A program made the translations under genes and the position numbers. Of a DNA stretch of 64,000 bases, positions 51,490-64,000 are shown piece by piece. The notes beneath the pieces were generated by a model. It was given only the letters and a program-made list of their open reading frames with translations. It was not told the DNA's origin and made no database searches. Within the stretch, counting starts at the first letter, position 1, and every line of letters starts with the position of its first letter. This DNA is from Mobula hypostoma (taxonomy: Eukaryota): NCBI RefSeq assembly GCF_963921235.1, contig NC_086097.1, positions 91,576,001 to 91,640,000 of the forward strand. Reading direction: 5' to 3'.

Positions 51490-51860
51490 GCATCTAAAGT
51501 TGAACACTTAATATTGAGGGGAATGGCCACACAGTCAGTGCAGAGTACACCTGTGGCTGTTCCCCTCAATGATAAGTATACAACTTTAGATGTCATTGAG
51601 CACAGTCAGTGCAGAGTACACCTATTTCACTTTCTTTTCCTGACAGTCACTCAGTTACCTGTCTCCTGCAATCTAGGGGTGATTATCTCCCTGTAGCTCC
51701 AATCTATCACCTCCTCATTCTCCCCTATGAATCGAAGGTCATCAAGCTGCAAATGCAGTTCCTTAATACGTTTTCGCAGGAGCTGCAGCTCAATGCGCCC
51801 GGTGCAGATGTGTTTATCCAGGAGACTGGAGGTGTTCCAGACTTCCTACATCCCACCCAC
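51490..51860 (-). mobile_element. CR1 ORF1 fragment with local inversion/duplication
   Basis: Reverse complement parallels ORF1 of the 17.8-22 kb element (PLNDKY, coiled-coil region, wevwntss..C..C). Confidence 0.7.
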
Positions 51861-51991
51861 ATGATCGAACATCTCTGGCAAGACCTCAAGATTGCTGTCC
51901 ACTGTCATTAACCAACTAACCTGGCACAGCTTGAGTAACTTTGCAAGGAGGAATGGGCAAATCTTGCTCCATTCCGTTGTGCAAAGCAAAC

Positions 51992-53450
51992 AGAACACAG
52001 AACAACACAGCACAGTAACAGACCATTCAGGCTACAATGTTGTGCCAAACCAACTAAAAAGCAAATCAAAAAAAAACAAACACTAATCCTTCCTACCTAC
52101 ACTATGTCCATATTCCCGCCATCTTCCTTGCATCCATGTGGCTATCCAAGCATCTCTTAAAAGCCTCTTAATGTATTTGCATCTCCTATCATACCAGGCA
52201 TCCATGACTTTATAAGTAAAAAACTTACCCCTCACATCCCCTTTGAACCTACCTCCCACTCACCTTCAATGCATGCCCTCTGGTATTAGACATTTCAACC
52301 CTGGGAAACAGATACTCTCTACTCACTCTATCTATGTCTTTCATAATCTTATAAACTTCTATCAGATATCCCCTCAACCTCCAGAGAAAACAACCCTAGT
52401 ATATTCAGCATCTTGTGATAACAAATGGCCTCTAAACCAGGCAACATCCTGGTAAACCTCCTCTGCACCCTCTACAAAGCCTCAACATCCTTCCTATAGT
52501 GGGGTGACCAGAACTGTAGGTAATACTGCAGATGTGGCCAAACCAGAGTTTTATGAAGTTACAACATAACCTCCTGACTTTTGAACTCAATGCCTTGACT
52601 AATAAAAGCAAGCATTCCATAAGTCTTCTTAACCACCTTATCAACCTGTGAGGCCACTTTCAAGGAGCGAAGGACTTGGATCCCAAGATCTCTCTGCTCA
52701 GCAACACTGTTATGGATCTTGCCGTTATCAATGTACTATCTCCTTGCATTTGCCCTACCGAGGTCCAACATCTCACATTTATCTGGGTTAAATTCTATCT
52801 GCCATTTCTCTGCCCACATCTGCAACTGATCTAAACCATACTGTATTCTTTGCCAGTCTTCTACAATATCCAGAACTCCATCAATCTTGATATCATCCAC
52901 AAACATACTAACAAACTTATTTTCATCCTCGTCATTTATATACATCACAAATTGCAGAGATTCCAGCACAGAGCCCTGCAGAATATCACTAATTACAGAC
53001 CTCCAGCTTGAATAAATCCCTTCAACCACTACCCTCTTCTATGCACAAGCCAGTTCCAAATCCAAACAGCCAATTCGCCGTGAACACCATGCATCTTAAA
53101 GTTCTGGATTAACTTTGTCAAACACATTATGAAAATTCATGTAGGCGACATCCACTGCCCTGCGCTCATCAATTTCTCTTGTCATCTTGTCAAAAAATTC
53201 AAACAAATTGGTAAGGCACACTCAATGCCATGCCAAAATTTTCTCCAGCAGTTTCCCTACAACTGACGAGAGACTCACCGGACTACAGTTCCCAGGGCTT
53301 TCCCTTGTTCCCTTCTTAAATAGAGGTACAGCATCAGCCTGTGGCTAGAGAGGACCCGAAGATCCTGGGACCAGCAATCTCATCTCTTGCCTTGTTCAAT
53401 AACCTGGGGTAAACTCCATCAGGCCCTGGAGACTTATCCACCTTAATAAT
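51992..53450 (-). mobile_element. Degraded CR1 3' half
   Basis: ORF 52736..53029 (LQGSVL..FVDDIKI..WAEKWQIEFNPDKCE); tail agaacacagaacaac on the plus strand. Confidence 0.85.
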
Positions 53451-53494
53451 AATTAGAAGGCCTCCTAATTAAGACATTTAGAGGACAAGGAGGG

Positions 53495-55470
53495 GCCCTG
53501 ACAACCACGTGTGCAAGAAATACATTCTGCTGCAGCTTCTTACAGACCACATTAGGGAACTGGAACTTAATGAATTCCAGATCATTCAAGAGGCTGGGGC
53601 TTGATTGACAGGGGATACAGAGAGATAGCTACGACTAAGGTGAAGAGCACTTACCTGTAACCATCAGGAGAGAGAAAGGGGATAGGCAGCCATGCTGTGG
53701 CTGTTCCACTCAGTAACAAATATGTTGTTTTGGATACTGTTAGGGAAGTGGGTGGGGGGGCACCTAGCTGAGGAAAGCTGCAGCAGTCAGGTCTCTGAAC
53801 TGAGTCTGGTTCTACGGCTCAGAAGAGAAAGGGGCAAATTGAGGTGAACAGTACTGATAGGGGATTCATTGGTTAGGGAATAGGCAGGATATTTTGTAGA
53901 CTAGAACAAGTTAGCGGATGGTACATTGGCTCCCTGGAGCCAGGGCCAGGGACATCTTGGATCGAGTCAGTAATACTGATCCATATCAGTACCAATGACA
54001 GAGGCAGGAACAGCAATCGGGTTTTGCAGAGTGATTTGAGGGAGTTAGATGCTAAGTTAAAGAACATGAACTTCAGGATGGTGATCTCAGGATTGCTATC
54101 CATGCCAGATGTGAAGGAGGAGAGAAATAGGGAGATAATATATGTGACACATGAGTAGTGAGATGGTGCAGGAGGGAGGGCTTCAGATTTTTGGATCATT
54201 GGGCTCTCTTCTGGGGAAGGTGAGATCTGTACAAATGGTACAATTTGCATCTGGAAAGGGAACCAATATCTTTGTCAGGGGTGGGAACAAGAATGCCAGT
54301 GCAGCTAGTGGAGATGTTATGAAATAAGATAAGAAGCCTATATACAAAGACAGGAACCAAAAGGTTGAGCATCAACCTTTCATATTCTTCAACCTACAGG
54401 CCCCTGAAACAGCATGAACAACTTCACTCACCTCAATTCTGAAAGTTATGGAATCCATTCAAAGACTATAACTTTTTCCAATGTTATTAATTACAAATTA
54501 ATTAAATGGTTTTTTTTGTATTAACGCAGTTTTTCTTCTTCTGCACATCAGTTGTTTGTCAATCTTTCTTTGGTGTAATTTTTCATTGATTCTATTATAT
54601 TTATTTGTTCTACAGTGAATGGCACAGGAAAATGAATCTCAGGGTAGGATATGATAGCAATTTGAATTTTGAGTATGGTGGAACTAATGTTCTGATTTGT
54701 TTCTAGTTAAATGCAAGGAATATTGTAGATAAGGCAGATGAGCTTAGAGTATGGAATTATGATATTGTAGCCAATAGTGAGACTTGGTTGCAGGAGCAGG
54801 AATGGCAGCTCATTGTTCCAGGGTTCCATTGTTTTTAGTATAATAGAGCAAGAGAAATTAAAGGGGGAGGGATGCCATTACAAGTCAAGAAAAATTTCTC
54901 AGCAATCCTCAGACAGGACAGACTGGAGAGCAAGCCTACTGAAGCTATATGGGTGGAACTGAGGAAAGTGAAAGGGATGACCACGTTAATGGAATTATAG
55001 TATAGACCGCCCAATAGTTAGCAGAATTTAGAAGAGCAAATTTGTAGGGATACTGCAGACTGTTGCAAGAAAAAGAAGGTTGTGATAGTAGGTGACTTCT
55101 AACTTTCCACATATCGACTAGGACTCTGTTTGTCAAATGTGTTCAACAAAGTTTCCTTAATTAATAGTTAAGTGTCCCAACTAGAGAGGGTGTGAAATTG
55201 GATCTCCTATTAGGGAAGATCTGCTTGATCTCTTATTCATTGACAAAAGTGTGTGCAGGAAAACACTTTTGATCTAGTGATCATAATTCCATTAATTTCA
55301 AAATAATTATAGAAGAGGATAGGACTGGTCCTTGGGTTGAGATTCTAAATTGAAGAAAAGCCAACTTTGATGGCAGGTGTGGATTGGGATAGGATGTTTT
55401 CTGACAAAAGGATACTTGGCAAGTGGAGGCATTCAAAGTGAAGTTTTAATAGTACAGAGCTTTTATGTTC
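53495..55470 (+). mobile_element. Degraded CR1 5' half (ORF1 + endonuclease) with an internal Rex1-like tail insertion
   Basis: PLSNKY, VLIGDSLVR, SETWLQE, YRPPNS and SSDHNSI remnants; unrelated insert at ~54370-54670 resembling 26930-27250. Confidence 0.8.
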
Positions 55471-56181
55471 ATTTTCAATTACAATTAATTTTGCTTGTGA
55501 CAAAATCCTTTGACCCCGAGACAGCAGTTTCGCCTGCTAATCAAACATGCCAGTGGCAGCTATAAGGACTAACTCTGACAATTCCTCATTGGGAAGGAGG
55601 CGTGTCTATACTGCTCTAAACCCAGTTAAATACAGTCAGTATTAGTAGATAGTCTGGTGTGGCCTTCAGCCTGTAATTGAATTGAATGATCTTTATTGTC
55701 ATTATACATAGGTACAATGAAACCCTGTTTGGCTTCCTCTCAGGCAATTAAATAAAGCGGTAGATAAAAACAAGACAGTAATAGAAAAACAGTATTAAAT
55801 AGATAAGTAGCAGAAAATAACCTTTGCTAGGTAAAGGTTTAGAAAAATGTAAAAGGAGAATGTAAAATTGGATTATAATAAAAGAGATATGGAGGGATTT
55901 CAAAGAGTTTTAAAGCTACGAATGTAAAATGCTATAAAGGTATTGTTTTGAAAATACATGCATTTTTCCTAGAGCTCTGCATTCTAAACTTCATGTTCAC
56001 TTCTGCAACAGCAGAAATTTATTAAGCCCAGCTTCACTCTAAGCAACTGTACACGCATCAAATTTGTCTTTAGATGGGCGACTAAGTTCTTTTACAGGCA
56101 CAAGTATACAAATACCTGTATAATAACTCATATGCAAAATTACAATCAATAATCATGATAACAAAGAAAAATTGAACTCAC

Positions 56182-56288
56182 AAGCGTTGTATCCTGGAGA
56201 CAATAGTTGTGAATGCTGCCTGTATATCAGCAGAAGAACACGTGCACACAATAGGGAGGTTGTGTTTCTGCAGCAACTCTGAGACGTA
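56182..56288 (-). CDS. PACS2: PACS2 coding exon ([36 protein letters not shown])
   Basis: 107 nt, ttacag| acceptor, |gtgagt donor; phase 0/2; matches recalled [25 protein letters not shown]. Confidence 0.95.
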
Positions 56289-56699
56289 CTGTAAGGCAGT
56301 GAAGTATCATTAAACAGGTATCCTATTCTCTCATCACGTTTCACAGTCTCAGCTCTAATCTGGACACTTCTTTGGTAGCATCAAGGTGGAGCTAATGAAA
56401 ATACAACTACTTCAGACTGAATGTGAAGGGAAGTTTCTTCCCACATTTACCAACAGCTATTAGAATTGGACATCTGTTATTCATTTAGAAACTTTTGGAA
56501 AACAGACAACACATGTAAGGTTACATTTCAATATTCACAGTTAATTATACGGTGTGGGAGTGGAATTACATGTAGGCCAGACAAGATAAGCGATTCATTT
56601 TCAGCTTTTCATGAAGGACAGAGGAGAACCAGCTATGATACTGCAATAATCCAGTAGCATTCATGACCATTTTAAATTGGGTTACAGTCAATTAAGTTC

Positions 56700-57270
56700 C
56701 TTGAGGTTGTTATAGCCAGGGATGGTAATGGGGACGAGCACCCACTACCTATTAAATTCTCCCAATGGCATGCGTTTCAATAGCCTCTGACAACCAAGTC
56801 CAGCTCCTGGCCTTCACGCGTGGCTTAGTCACTAAACCCAGCAGAAATGCTTTTACTGACAGGAGAAGGGGTGAAGGCGAGTCACTGGCGCCTTAAAACT
56901 AGTGCTTAGGGTAGATGGGGCTTGTCAGAATTGGTTGGCAGCTCATGTAGGAGAAGGAAAACCTCAGCTGCACTGCAGTTACGCCACTCACGTGAAGGCT
57001 TTGGGAGTAAACCCTGAGGGAAAAATCCAGAGATGGAGTCCCGAAGACAGTCCTACATTGAATTCAATGATGACTGGCAACTCCAGCAATGCTGCTGGTG
57101 CCAAACTGTATTAATTTCTGCCGTTGCTTCGGATTCAGCAGATGCAGGGAGAGGGGGAGACTGCTGCATGGGCAACAACTTGCTCTCCATGTTGTACTGC
57201 CCAGGCTTGCATATCTATACAGCTAGGACACAACATCCATGGTCGACTATGACCTTGATCTTTTTTCTAT
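56700..57270 (+). mobile_element. Probable RTE-derived non-autonomous repeat
   Basis: GC-richer block with gtaggagaaggaaaacct, a motif recalled from RTE 5' regions; no ORF support. Confidence 0.35.
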
Positions 57271-58195
57271 AACTTGATATGGTAGTCACACTTGTTTTTA
57301 GATAGGGAAGCACAAAAAAATTAAAACAAGCCTGTTCATATGGCTAATAGACAAGCTCACTGCCTGTGTCCCATTGAGACAAAGAAAGTCTTGTGTTCAA
57401 TCTCCTATTTGGACAGCATTTTTTGGATTCAGGAAAAAAAATAGAATGATGATCCTGATTATAATTCAACATTCCTTGCTGGAAGGTATGTAGAAAACTA
57501 GAGGATCTGGCACTCAACTGAGTAGTAGTCTGTAGTCAGATTTCTCCCCAACACCTGCAGCTAAGGCATACAAATAGAGGCGATGGCTTGGACAAGATGC
57601 TGGAGGGAATTGTTCACCAAAGGACTCAGTGTGTTCAGGGAAGAAAATTAATGCACTGCCAGCAAAAATTAGTATACAGGCAGTAAGTTGGCAGATTGCT
57701 CGTTCCAATGGGACTGAATGGGACATTGATTATATCAAGACAGACTTGCCATTTTAAGTCTCAAAAGTCACTAAATTGGAAATAGGTTGACCTTTCTCTA
57801 TCTAAAGATAAAACCTGGCATTTAAACAGTGGCTTTCATTTCCTCAGAACATCCCAAAGCACTTCACTGCCAATGGAGATGTTCTGAAATCCTGCACAGT
57901 GATAATGTATGAAACATGGTAATCAACCTGCACAGAGTGATCTGCCAGACACTGCAGTTTAATAAATGCCCAGATTAGCAGCTCATGGTGTTACTGAGGA
58001 TAAATATCAGCCATGAGACTGAGAGGACTTGTGTCATCTTTAAGTAGCATTGCAAAGACATTTTTACAAGTGATCCAACCGAGCAGACAAGCATCTCATT
58101 TAACAGACAATGCAGCACGCTCACTTAGTTGTTAGAAAGTACAGGCAGCATAATGTAAAATGCAGCCGAAACATACTCTCCAAATTGGTACATAC

Positions 58196-58300
58196 CTGTC
58201 CCTGCCAGTCTGATGTATTGATCAAAATTATGTTTTCTGGCAACTGCTCATCTGAAATTAGGATGTGATTTAACTGGTCATAAACTGTTTTCCGAGGGAT
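58196..58300 (-). CDS. PACS2: PACS2 coding exon ([35 protein letters not shown])
   Basis: 105 nt in ORF 58121..58324; ctgcag| acceptor, |gtatgt donor; phase 0/0; start of the PACS C-terminal region. Confidence 0.96.
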
Positions 58301-58639
58301 CTGCAGCACAAACAGAGAACGCAAAGATTGTAATACAAAAACTGAAACGCAAGCACATTTTCAGTCCGATTTCCCAGAGTGAGACAAAACCATGCCATTA
58401 TCCAGGTTCTTGGGAATGGTTTGCAGCTATAATGTTTCACAAGTAATTATTTAATACACTCAGGAAGTTCACAAATTTGTTAACATTGAAATGTGCCAAT
58501 CAATCCTCTGAGACCATTCAACCACTCAATGGGATGTCTGATTAGTATCACAACTTTATTCATTTATGCCTGCATTATATACTTTTCTACATACTTTACA
58601 GTGAAAAAAAAATTCACCACATTCATTAGTTCTACTACC

Positions 58640-58845
58640 CAGCTGCACAAGGGGGCAATTTACAGTAGCCAATTGATTTATTCACCTGCATGTTGTAGGC
58701 AATAGGAAGGAAGCTGGAGCATCCACAGAAAAACTCATGCAATCACAGGGAGAACATGCAAATGCCACACGAACAGCACAGTAGGTCAGGACAGAACCTA
58801 AGTTGCTGGAGCTGTGCAAGATAGCAATTCTACTGGTCACTCCAC
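58640..58845 (-). mobile_element. Old V-SINE-like fragment
   Basis: ggcaatttacagtagccaatt...ggaagctggagcatccacagaaaa..cacagggagaacatgcaaa core. Confidence 0.6.
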
Positions 58846-59229
58846 TTTTCTTTGTAAGTGACAATTGCATTTTGGAGACCTGCATGAAGATACTGTCCAA
58901 GTCTTTTTGGACCTCCACTATTCCTAGCTTTTTCAACAATTAAGTGTTGCATTTTTTGTCTTACTTTGATAACCTCATACTTATCTGACTATGCTACAGC
59001 TTTTCCTGACCCACAATGTTACAAAAAGAAATTTGAGAAGGTTGTGTCCAAACTACACTATTTACCTTGCTACCAACCAGTGTGTAAGCATTGCATTTTG
59101 ATAAGGCAGTTTCTCCACTATGAATTTACTCAATAGCTGAAGCCCAATCACAGATATTTGTATGACACACGTGTCACTTTGTTTCAGTTTCTTTCCATAC
59201 CTATTATGCCTGGTCTTTCCCCATTAAAG

Positions 59230-59308
59230 CAGGGGTTCCCAATCTTTTTAAGTCACAGACCCTTACCATTAACTGAGGGATCTGTAGACCCCAGGTTGGG
59301 AGCCCCTA
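59230..59308. mobile_element. 79-bp hAT MITE
   Basis: TIRs caggggttcccaatc / ggttgggagccccta; flanks cattaaag / cactaaac (6 of 8 match, degenerate 8-bp TSD). Confidence 0.65.
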
Positions 59309-59419
59309 CACTAAACCAATCTCCTTACCAATAATTTCCCTTTAATTCCAGACTCTTTAATTTTCAATAATGGTCTCTTATTCTAAATTTATTTTATTAT
59401 ATTTTTACTTATTTTGAGC

Positions 59420-59683
59420 AATACAGTGCAGAACAGGCCCTTCCAGCCCTTCAAGCTGTGCTGCCTCGCAATCCACTAATTTAACCCAAGCCAAACACGG
59501 ACAACTCACAATGACTAAGTAACCCACTAGCCAGTACACCTTTGGACTGTGGGAGGAAACCAGAGTACCCTGAAGAAACCCACGTACAAACTTGCTTACA
59601 AAGGATACCGGAATTGAACTCTGAACTCCGACGTCCTGAGCTGTAATAGCGTCGCATTAATTGCGACACTACCGTGGCACCCC
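59420..59683 (-). mobile_element. V-SINE/HE1-like SINE
   Basis: cctttggactgtgggaggaaaccagagtaccctgaagaaacccacg core; ggaattgaactctgaact shared with the 29.6-kb copy. Confidence 0.7.
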
Positions 59684-61292
59684 AATGTTTTCCACCTTGT
59701 GTTCCTATATGTGAGGGTACATGGTGAAAAGTAGCCACCATATGTCCTCCATTACAACAGGGATGCACTTCAGCTTTGGTTGGAAAATGGTTTAGAATTT
59801 CTAAAGTTATGAAATGGAAGATTTTTTTCTTTCATTACTTTTTGAAAAAATACAATTAAATTTATTGGGAGTCAAGCTCTCATTACAATATTGGGATGAC
59901 CTTCTCTAATCACTGTTCTTATTTATAAATATGAATAACTTTCCTACAAAAGATATTAAGGTATTACATAATTTCTCTCACATTTTTTAAATGTATTCTA
60001 TTCTAAATGGACCACTGGTTTAAATGAGCTTTAAGAATTAATTGCTAAAATAGATTCAATTTCTTCCCCTATTTTCTTTAAAACAATGCTGCAGAAACCA
60101 CCTAGTCCTGATGAATTTATTGGACTCCAGGGCTATAGTTCGCCTGCTTACATTAACATCAGTGGCTTCCAATTTTTTGATTTATTATTTCTCCAGAATG
60201 TTAGTGATTTTATCACTAACCATTAAATCTGGTACAGTCGGCTCTTATGTTAGTTTCAGAAAATATATACACTAAAAGTTATTACAAACACAATCTAAAC
60301 TTGATTGATTTTCAAAATGATCAGTCACACCAGAATTGCTCTTATCAGAAAGAGAAAGTCATTTGGGAAAAAAATTTTAGTTGAACCTCCTTTAATTGCT
60401 GAATTATTAGAAGTTGTGCAAAGGCTGGTATCAGGAGGCCTGTGCACAACTCCTAGTACAATTTTAAGACCTTTTGTTCCTTGATTTGAACCAATGACTT
60501 ATTGTAAGTCAGCTTCACATAACTACATCCTGCCTTCCAAATATTCTAGGTATTTTGAATAAAACAAAAGTTATGAAAGAAGATAACCAGTACCATTTCC
60601 CAGATTTGTTAGAAAAAGACAAGTCGCCAATTCAAATGGAGACTCATCATCAGAATAATTAGACAAAGCAAAAAATCTTTGTACTGCTTCAAGAGATAAT
60701 TTACAATTTTACATTTATGAATTTTATTTTCAGGTCTGACTTTTTGTTAAACAAACTTCATCACAATTATCTTCATTCATTGTTGGAAAAAGATAGGCAC
60801 ATTCCAAAATTATCACTTTATTCATATTTTAAAATCATGCATATAAATTTTACTTCAAGAAAAGTTTTAAAGACCCAGTTTCCTTCTGGTATTGGAGAAT
60901 TTAAGAGCTAATTTGGCACTGAACATTGCATCTCACCACACTTCAATACACTTTCTACCCACTGAAAATTACCTCTCCAATAGGTGCAGATTTGAAGAGG
61001 GAAGGCTGAATTTTAATTGGTTTCAAGATTAGAATAAGAGAAGCTAAACATCAAATTACAAATCAGTAAGATTAGAGTTAAATTCTTGTTTACATTATCT
61101 GGATATCAAGAAATGAGCAACACAGCCTTGATACTGTTATTCTCAGCCGCATGTTTATCAAAAAGGAAGCGGTAAGTCAACACAGGTTTAAAGCATGCCT
61201 TTTTTCTGTCGTGCCTGACCTAAAAATTATCTCCACTTGTGAAAATCTTTTAAGTAAAGAAAATGCAGATAAAAGCTTCACCGCTCACTTAC

Positions 61293-61343
61293 TTGAGTGA
61301 ATGCGGCTCTCTTCACGCTGTTCAGCAATGTCAAAGAAGTGCC
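61293..61343 (-). CDS. Candidate 51-nt alternative PACS2 exon (GTSLTLLNSVKRAAFTQ)
   Basis: Minus strand: ctaac branch-like motif, pyrimidine-rich cttcatcccttaacttcaaag| acceptor, 17 open codons, |gtaagt donor; phase 0/0 fits the next exon. No homologous peptide recognised. Confidence 0.45.
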
Positions 61344-62489
61344 CTTTGAAGTTAAGGGATGAAGGTTAGCAGTCATGCAACTTTGAAATAAAATGTGACG
61401 AAAAAGGGGAATAGATTAAGCTTGGCTGGCTCTTTTCATAATAAATGGAAGAAAGTTTATTTTTATTATGTATTACATAATACACCAGTCAGCATTAATT
61501 TCACACAAGGAAAAGCTCACCAGATCTTACGCTGTAATGCTTTACCTAGGACATCAATGACATTACCAGAGTATTGTAAAGACCCATTACAGTCACTATT
61601 GTCCTTTGCTGGAGAAACCTACATGTCTTTATTTATGACATGTAGGTTTTTCCAGCAAACCAATATGATTGAAATGATCTATACAGTCACTCAGATCAAG
61701 GGCAATTAGAAATGTGAAATAAATACTAGTCTGGTCAACACCACCCAAATCCCAAAAGGAATAATATATATGTGTATTTATCTCAGGGCTGGGGGTGGGA
61801 TCAGAAAGTCAAATATTATCTCGCTACAGGATTCTGATGATTAAAACTTTTCACCAACTTGGTCAAGTCTGTGTGCATTTCATTTTTTTGCACCTTTAAA
61901 CAAGGCCAAACTGTTCAGTGTCTATCCACTAGGACAAAGCATGAATTGTGTCAGAAAGCATTTGTGGCAGAAGCTTTAGCTGAGAGAAAAAATGCGATTG
62001 AAAGCTCTATTCCTGCACTTCCCAACAATAATCAAAGAACAGTGGCTGGGAGGTAGCTGTAGCACAGATATCTATGAGAAGACAGGAAACGTCAATCAAA
62101 AAACCATTCAGTCCATGTAAGCCTCACAAGCTGTGATTCTGTGATAGAACTGTCAGAAGGCTAAAGTTAAAGTCTTGATCAGTGTAAACATAACAGTGGC
62201 ATTTCACCAGAAAGAATGCCCCAGGGAGAAAAAGTGGAAATGCAAAATAGACTCAAGGTAGTTTTAAAAAAATAGCGAGTAATGTTTCAGGACAGTAAGT
62301 AGGTGATGGTTGATGATTGTTATTGTCATCCAAGTCAGGCTAACCACCTGGAAAATAGACCAAGTGGACAAATATACATCAAGTGCAATGTAACGTGGAT
62401 AAATATGAAGTTTGAACATGAGAACCTGAAGATGTTGGAATCTAGAGCAAAAAACAATGCTGGAGGGGTTCCTCCAGTTGTAGATATGA

Positions 62490-63500
62490 AGATACCCAGT
62501 TTGGTAGGAAAAATAGGAAGGCAGTATATCAGTTAAATGGTGACTGGGAAGTGATTATGTACACAGGGATGTGATCACCTTGAACACCAGTACACACGCG
62601 TACATGCAGCAAGCAGTTAGGAAGGCAAATGGTATGTTGGCAAGAATATTTTATTCAAATTATAAAGATAGTTGGAGTGATCCACTCCTAAAATATTGCA
62701 GGAGTGGTATACTTATCAAGATGCCAAATCCATAACGCCATTGTTGTTTCAGCTGGATAGAGTTGAAGGGGTGGGAACGGGAAAGGCAAGCAGATGATAC
62801 AGTAATATCTGGAGAGCAACGTTAGGGAATTTGACAGCTTTGGGGAACAGATCAATGTTTTCCTGATTTTAGCAGGATTAAAGTGCTACAAGGTCAGAGG
62901 AGAGTGAAGTTGACACCAGGATCAGATCATCCATCATCTTATTTAAGAGTGCATCAGGCTTGAAGGATCACATGAGTTGTTGTGGTTCCGGTTTTAAATG
63001 TTGTTATGGTACCAATAACATAAGAAGAAAATGGTGGCCTACATGAACATTTAAGGAAGCTTGGAAACAGCAAGACATAAAGGTTTCAATTTCTGGATTA
63101 CGTCCAGTTGCATGCACCAGTGAGTAAAGAAATAGGTCATTAAGATGAATGTGCAGAAAGACATGGAATGTAGGAGGGAAGTGGAACAAACTGAAAGAGG
63201 GTTTATCACCATAGCATCAATAAGGGAAGGTGCTTTTCAAGTTTGGCAAAGGATGAGAAGTTGAGCAAAACTTCAAAAGAGAGAGGAGCAAAGCTGGGCT
63301 GAGACACCAGAGAATCAGGAAGCAAGTTTGGAATTTAAAGGAAATAAAGGCTGGAAAATGAGAAAACAGTTTGGCGGTGCTTAATGGTACATTATTCGTT
63401 AAGAGTAACAAAGATGAACCGAGTGCACAGACTGATGCTTTGAAGAGCCTTTACTGAAATAAGGCAGGAATAACAGTTCAATATCTTGTCACAAAGGTTA
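62490..63500 (+). mobile_element. Highly degraded CR1 fragments
   Basis: catgcagcaagcagttaggaaggcaaatggtatgttgg (compare 42404-42446), a 3'UTR-like caggatcagatcatccat, then ORF1-like ggtaccaataacataag..atttctggatta. Confidence 0.55.
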
Positions 63501-64000
63501 CGTACAAGACAGAAAGGGGATTAAAAAATGAGGTTAAGTACACTAAAAAATTACATCTCCAAGGAGCAGACGGTACATCCGTTTAAGAATGAGGATAAAG
63601 TTGAAGACTTGAAGGTTTCAGTCAAGTAGTCGGACTACATTAACATTGAAAAATAAAAGTTACTCCAGTTTAATAATACATTGCAGGAAAGATAGCACAC
63701 AACGCAAGGAAATACACAGTAAGTGATGCCATACAAATAAATAAATAGGAATAAGGAAACTTTGAGAACCTTAGCCTAAAGATGTGTAACACAACTTAAC
63801 AAAGGGGTAAGGTAGTTAATGAATAAAGAAAGGTATATCCTTTTTATTATCCAAGTCTTAGAGATGGTTACATTCTCAAAGTGCGGAGACTAGAATGACC
63901 ACAGTGAGTGTTCTGTCTACAAGCCCCTAGCACTACGTAATAAGATACAAATGCACAGGTGCTCACAATACAGATTTCAGTCGACTAGTGAATTTCTGAT

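Larger units (their letters stand above)
47304..51990 (+). mobile_element. Decayed Tc1-like transposon interrupted by nested CR1 insertions
   Basis: TA|cagtgtcttgcaaaggtattcagcccc TIR; transposase remnants ISKALNMPWSSV, SDETKVELF and PTVEYGG (47825-48352), resuming at 51861 with IEHLWQDLKIAVH...CKEEWANL. Confidence 0.8.

Noticed and set aside
60104..60128. gtcCTGATGA...ggac, hammerhead-like start
   Set aside because: No stem II followed by GAAA and no cleavage triplet; the core is incomplete.
61400..64000. Searched for the upstream PACS2 exon (..ERANSLD..)
   Set aside because: Not found by eye; presumably right of the window.

Overview
Eukaryotic vertebrate genomic DNA, probably from a cartilaginous fish (inferred from the HE1/V-SINE-like, CR1 and Penelope repeat content). 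The window lies inside one minus-strand gene, PACS2 (phosphofurin acidic cluster sorting protein 2). Eleven GT-AG coding exons of the C-terminal region were traced by hand between 58300 and 1223, and all junction phases are consistent. They include a 33-nt cassette microexon at 12078-12110. A further frame-preserving 51-nt candidate exon lies at 61293-61343. The upstream exons and the last coding exon fall outside the window. The introns are packed with transposable elements: a near full-length CR1 LINE and many CR1 fragments, an internally deleted Gmr1-type (PR-IN-RT-RH) LTR retrotransposon nested in a Rex1/Babar-like LINE, and a decayed endogenous retrovirus. There are also Penelope remnants (one retains an intact minimal hammerhead ribozyme core on the PACS2 sense strand), a Tc1 element split by nested CR1s, hAT and Tigger-like non-autonomous elements, SINEs and a 600-bp polypurine tract. 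No prokaryotic systems, rRNA, tRNA genes or CRISPR arrays were seen. Gene and TE family names come from recalled motifs, not from database searches, and most TE boundaries are approximate.
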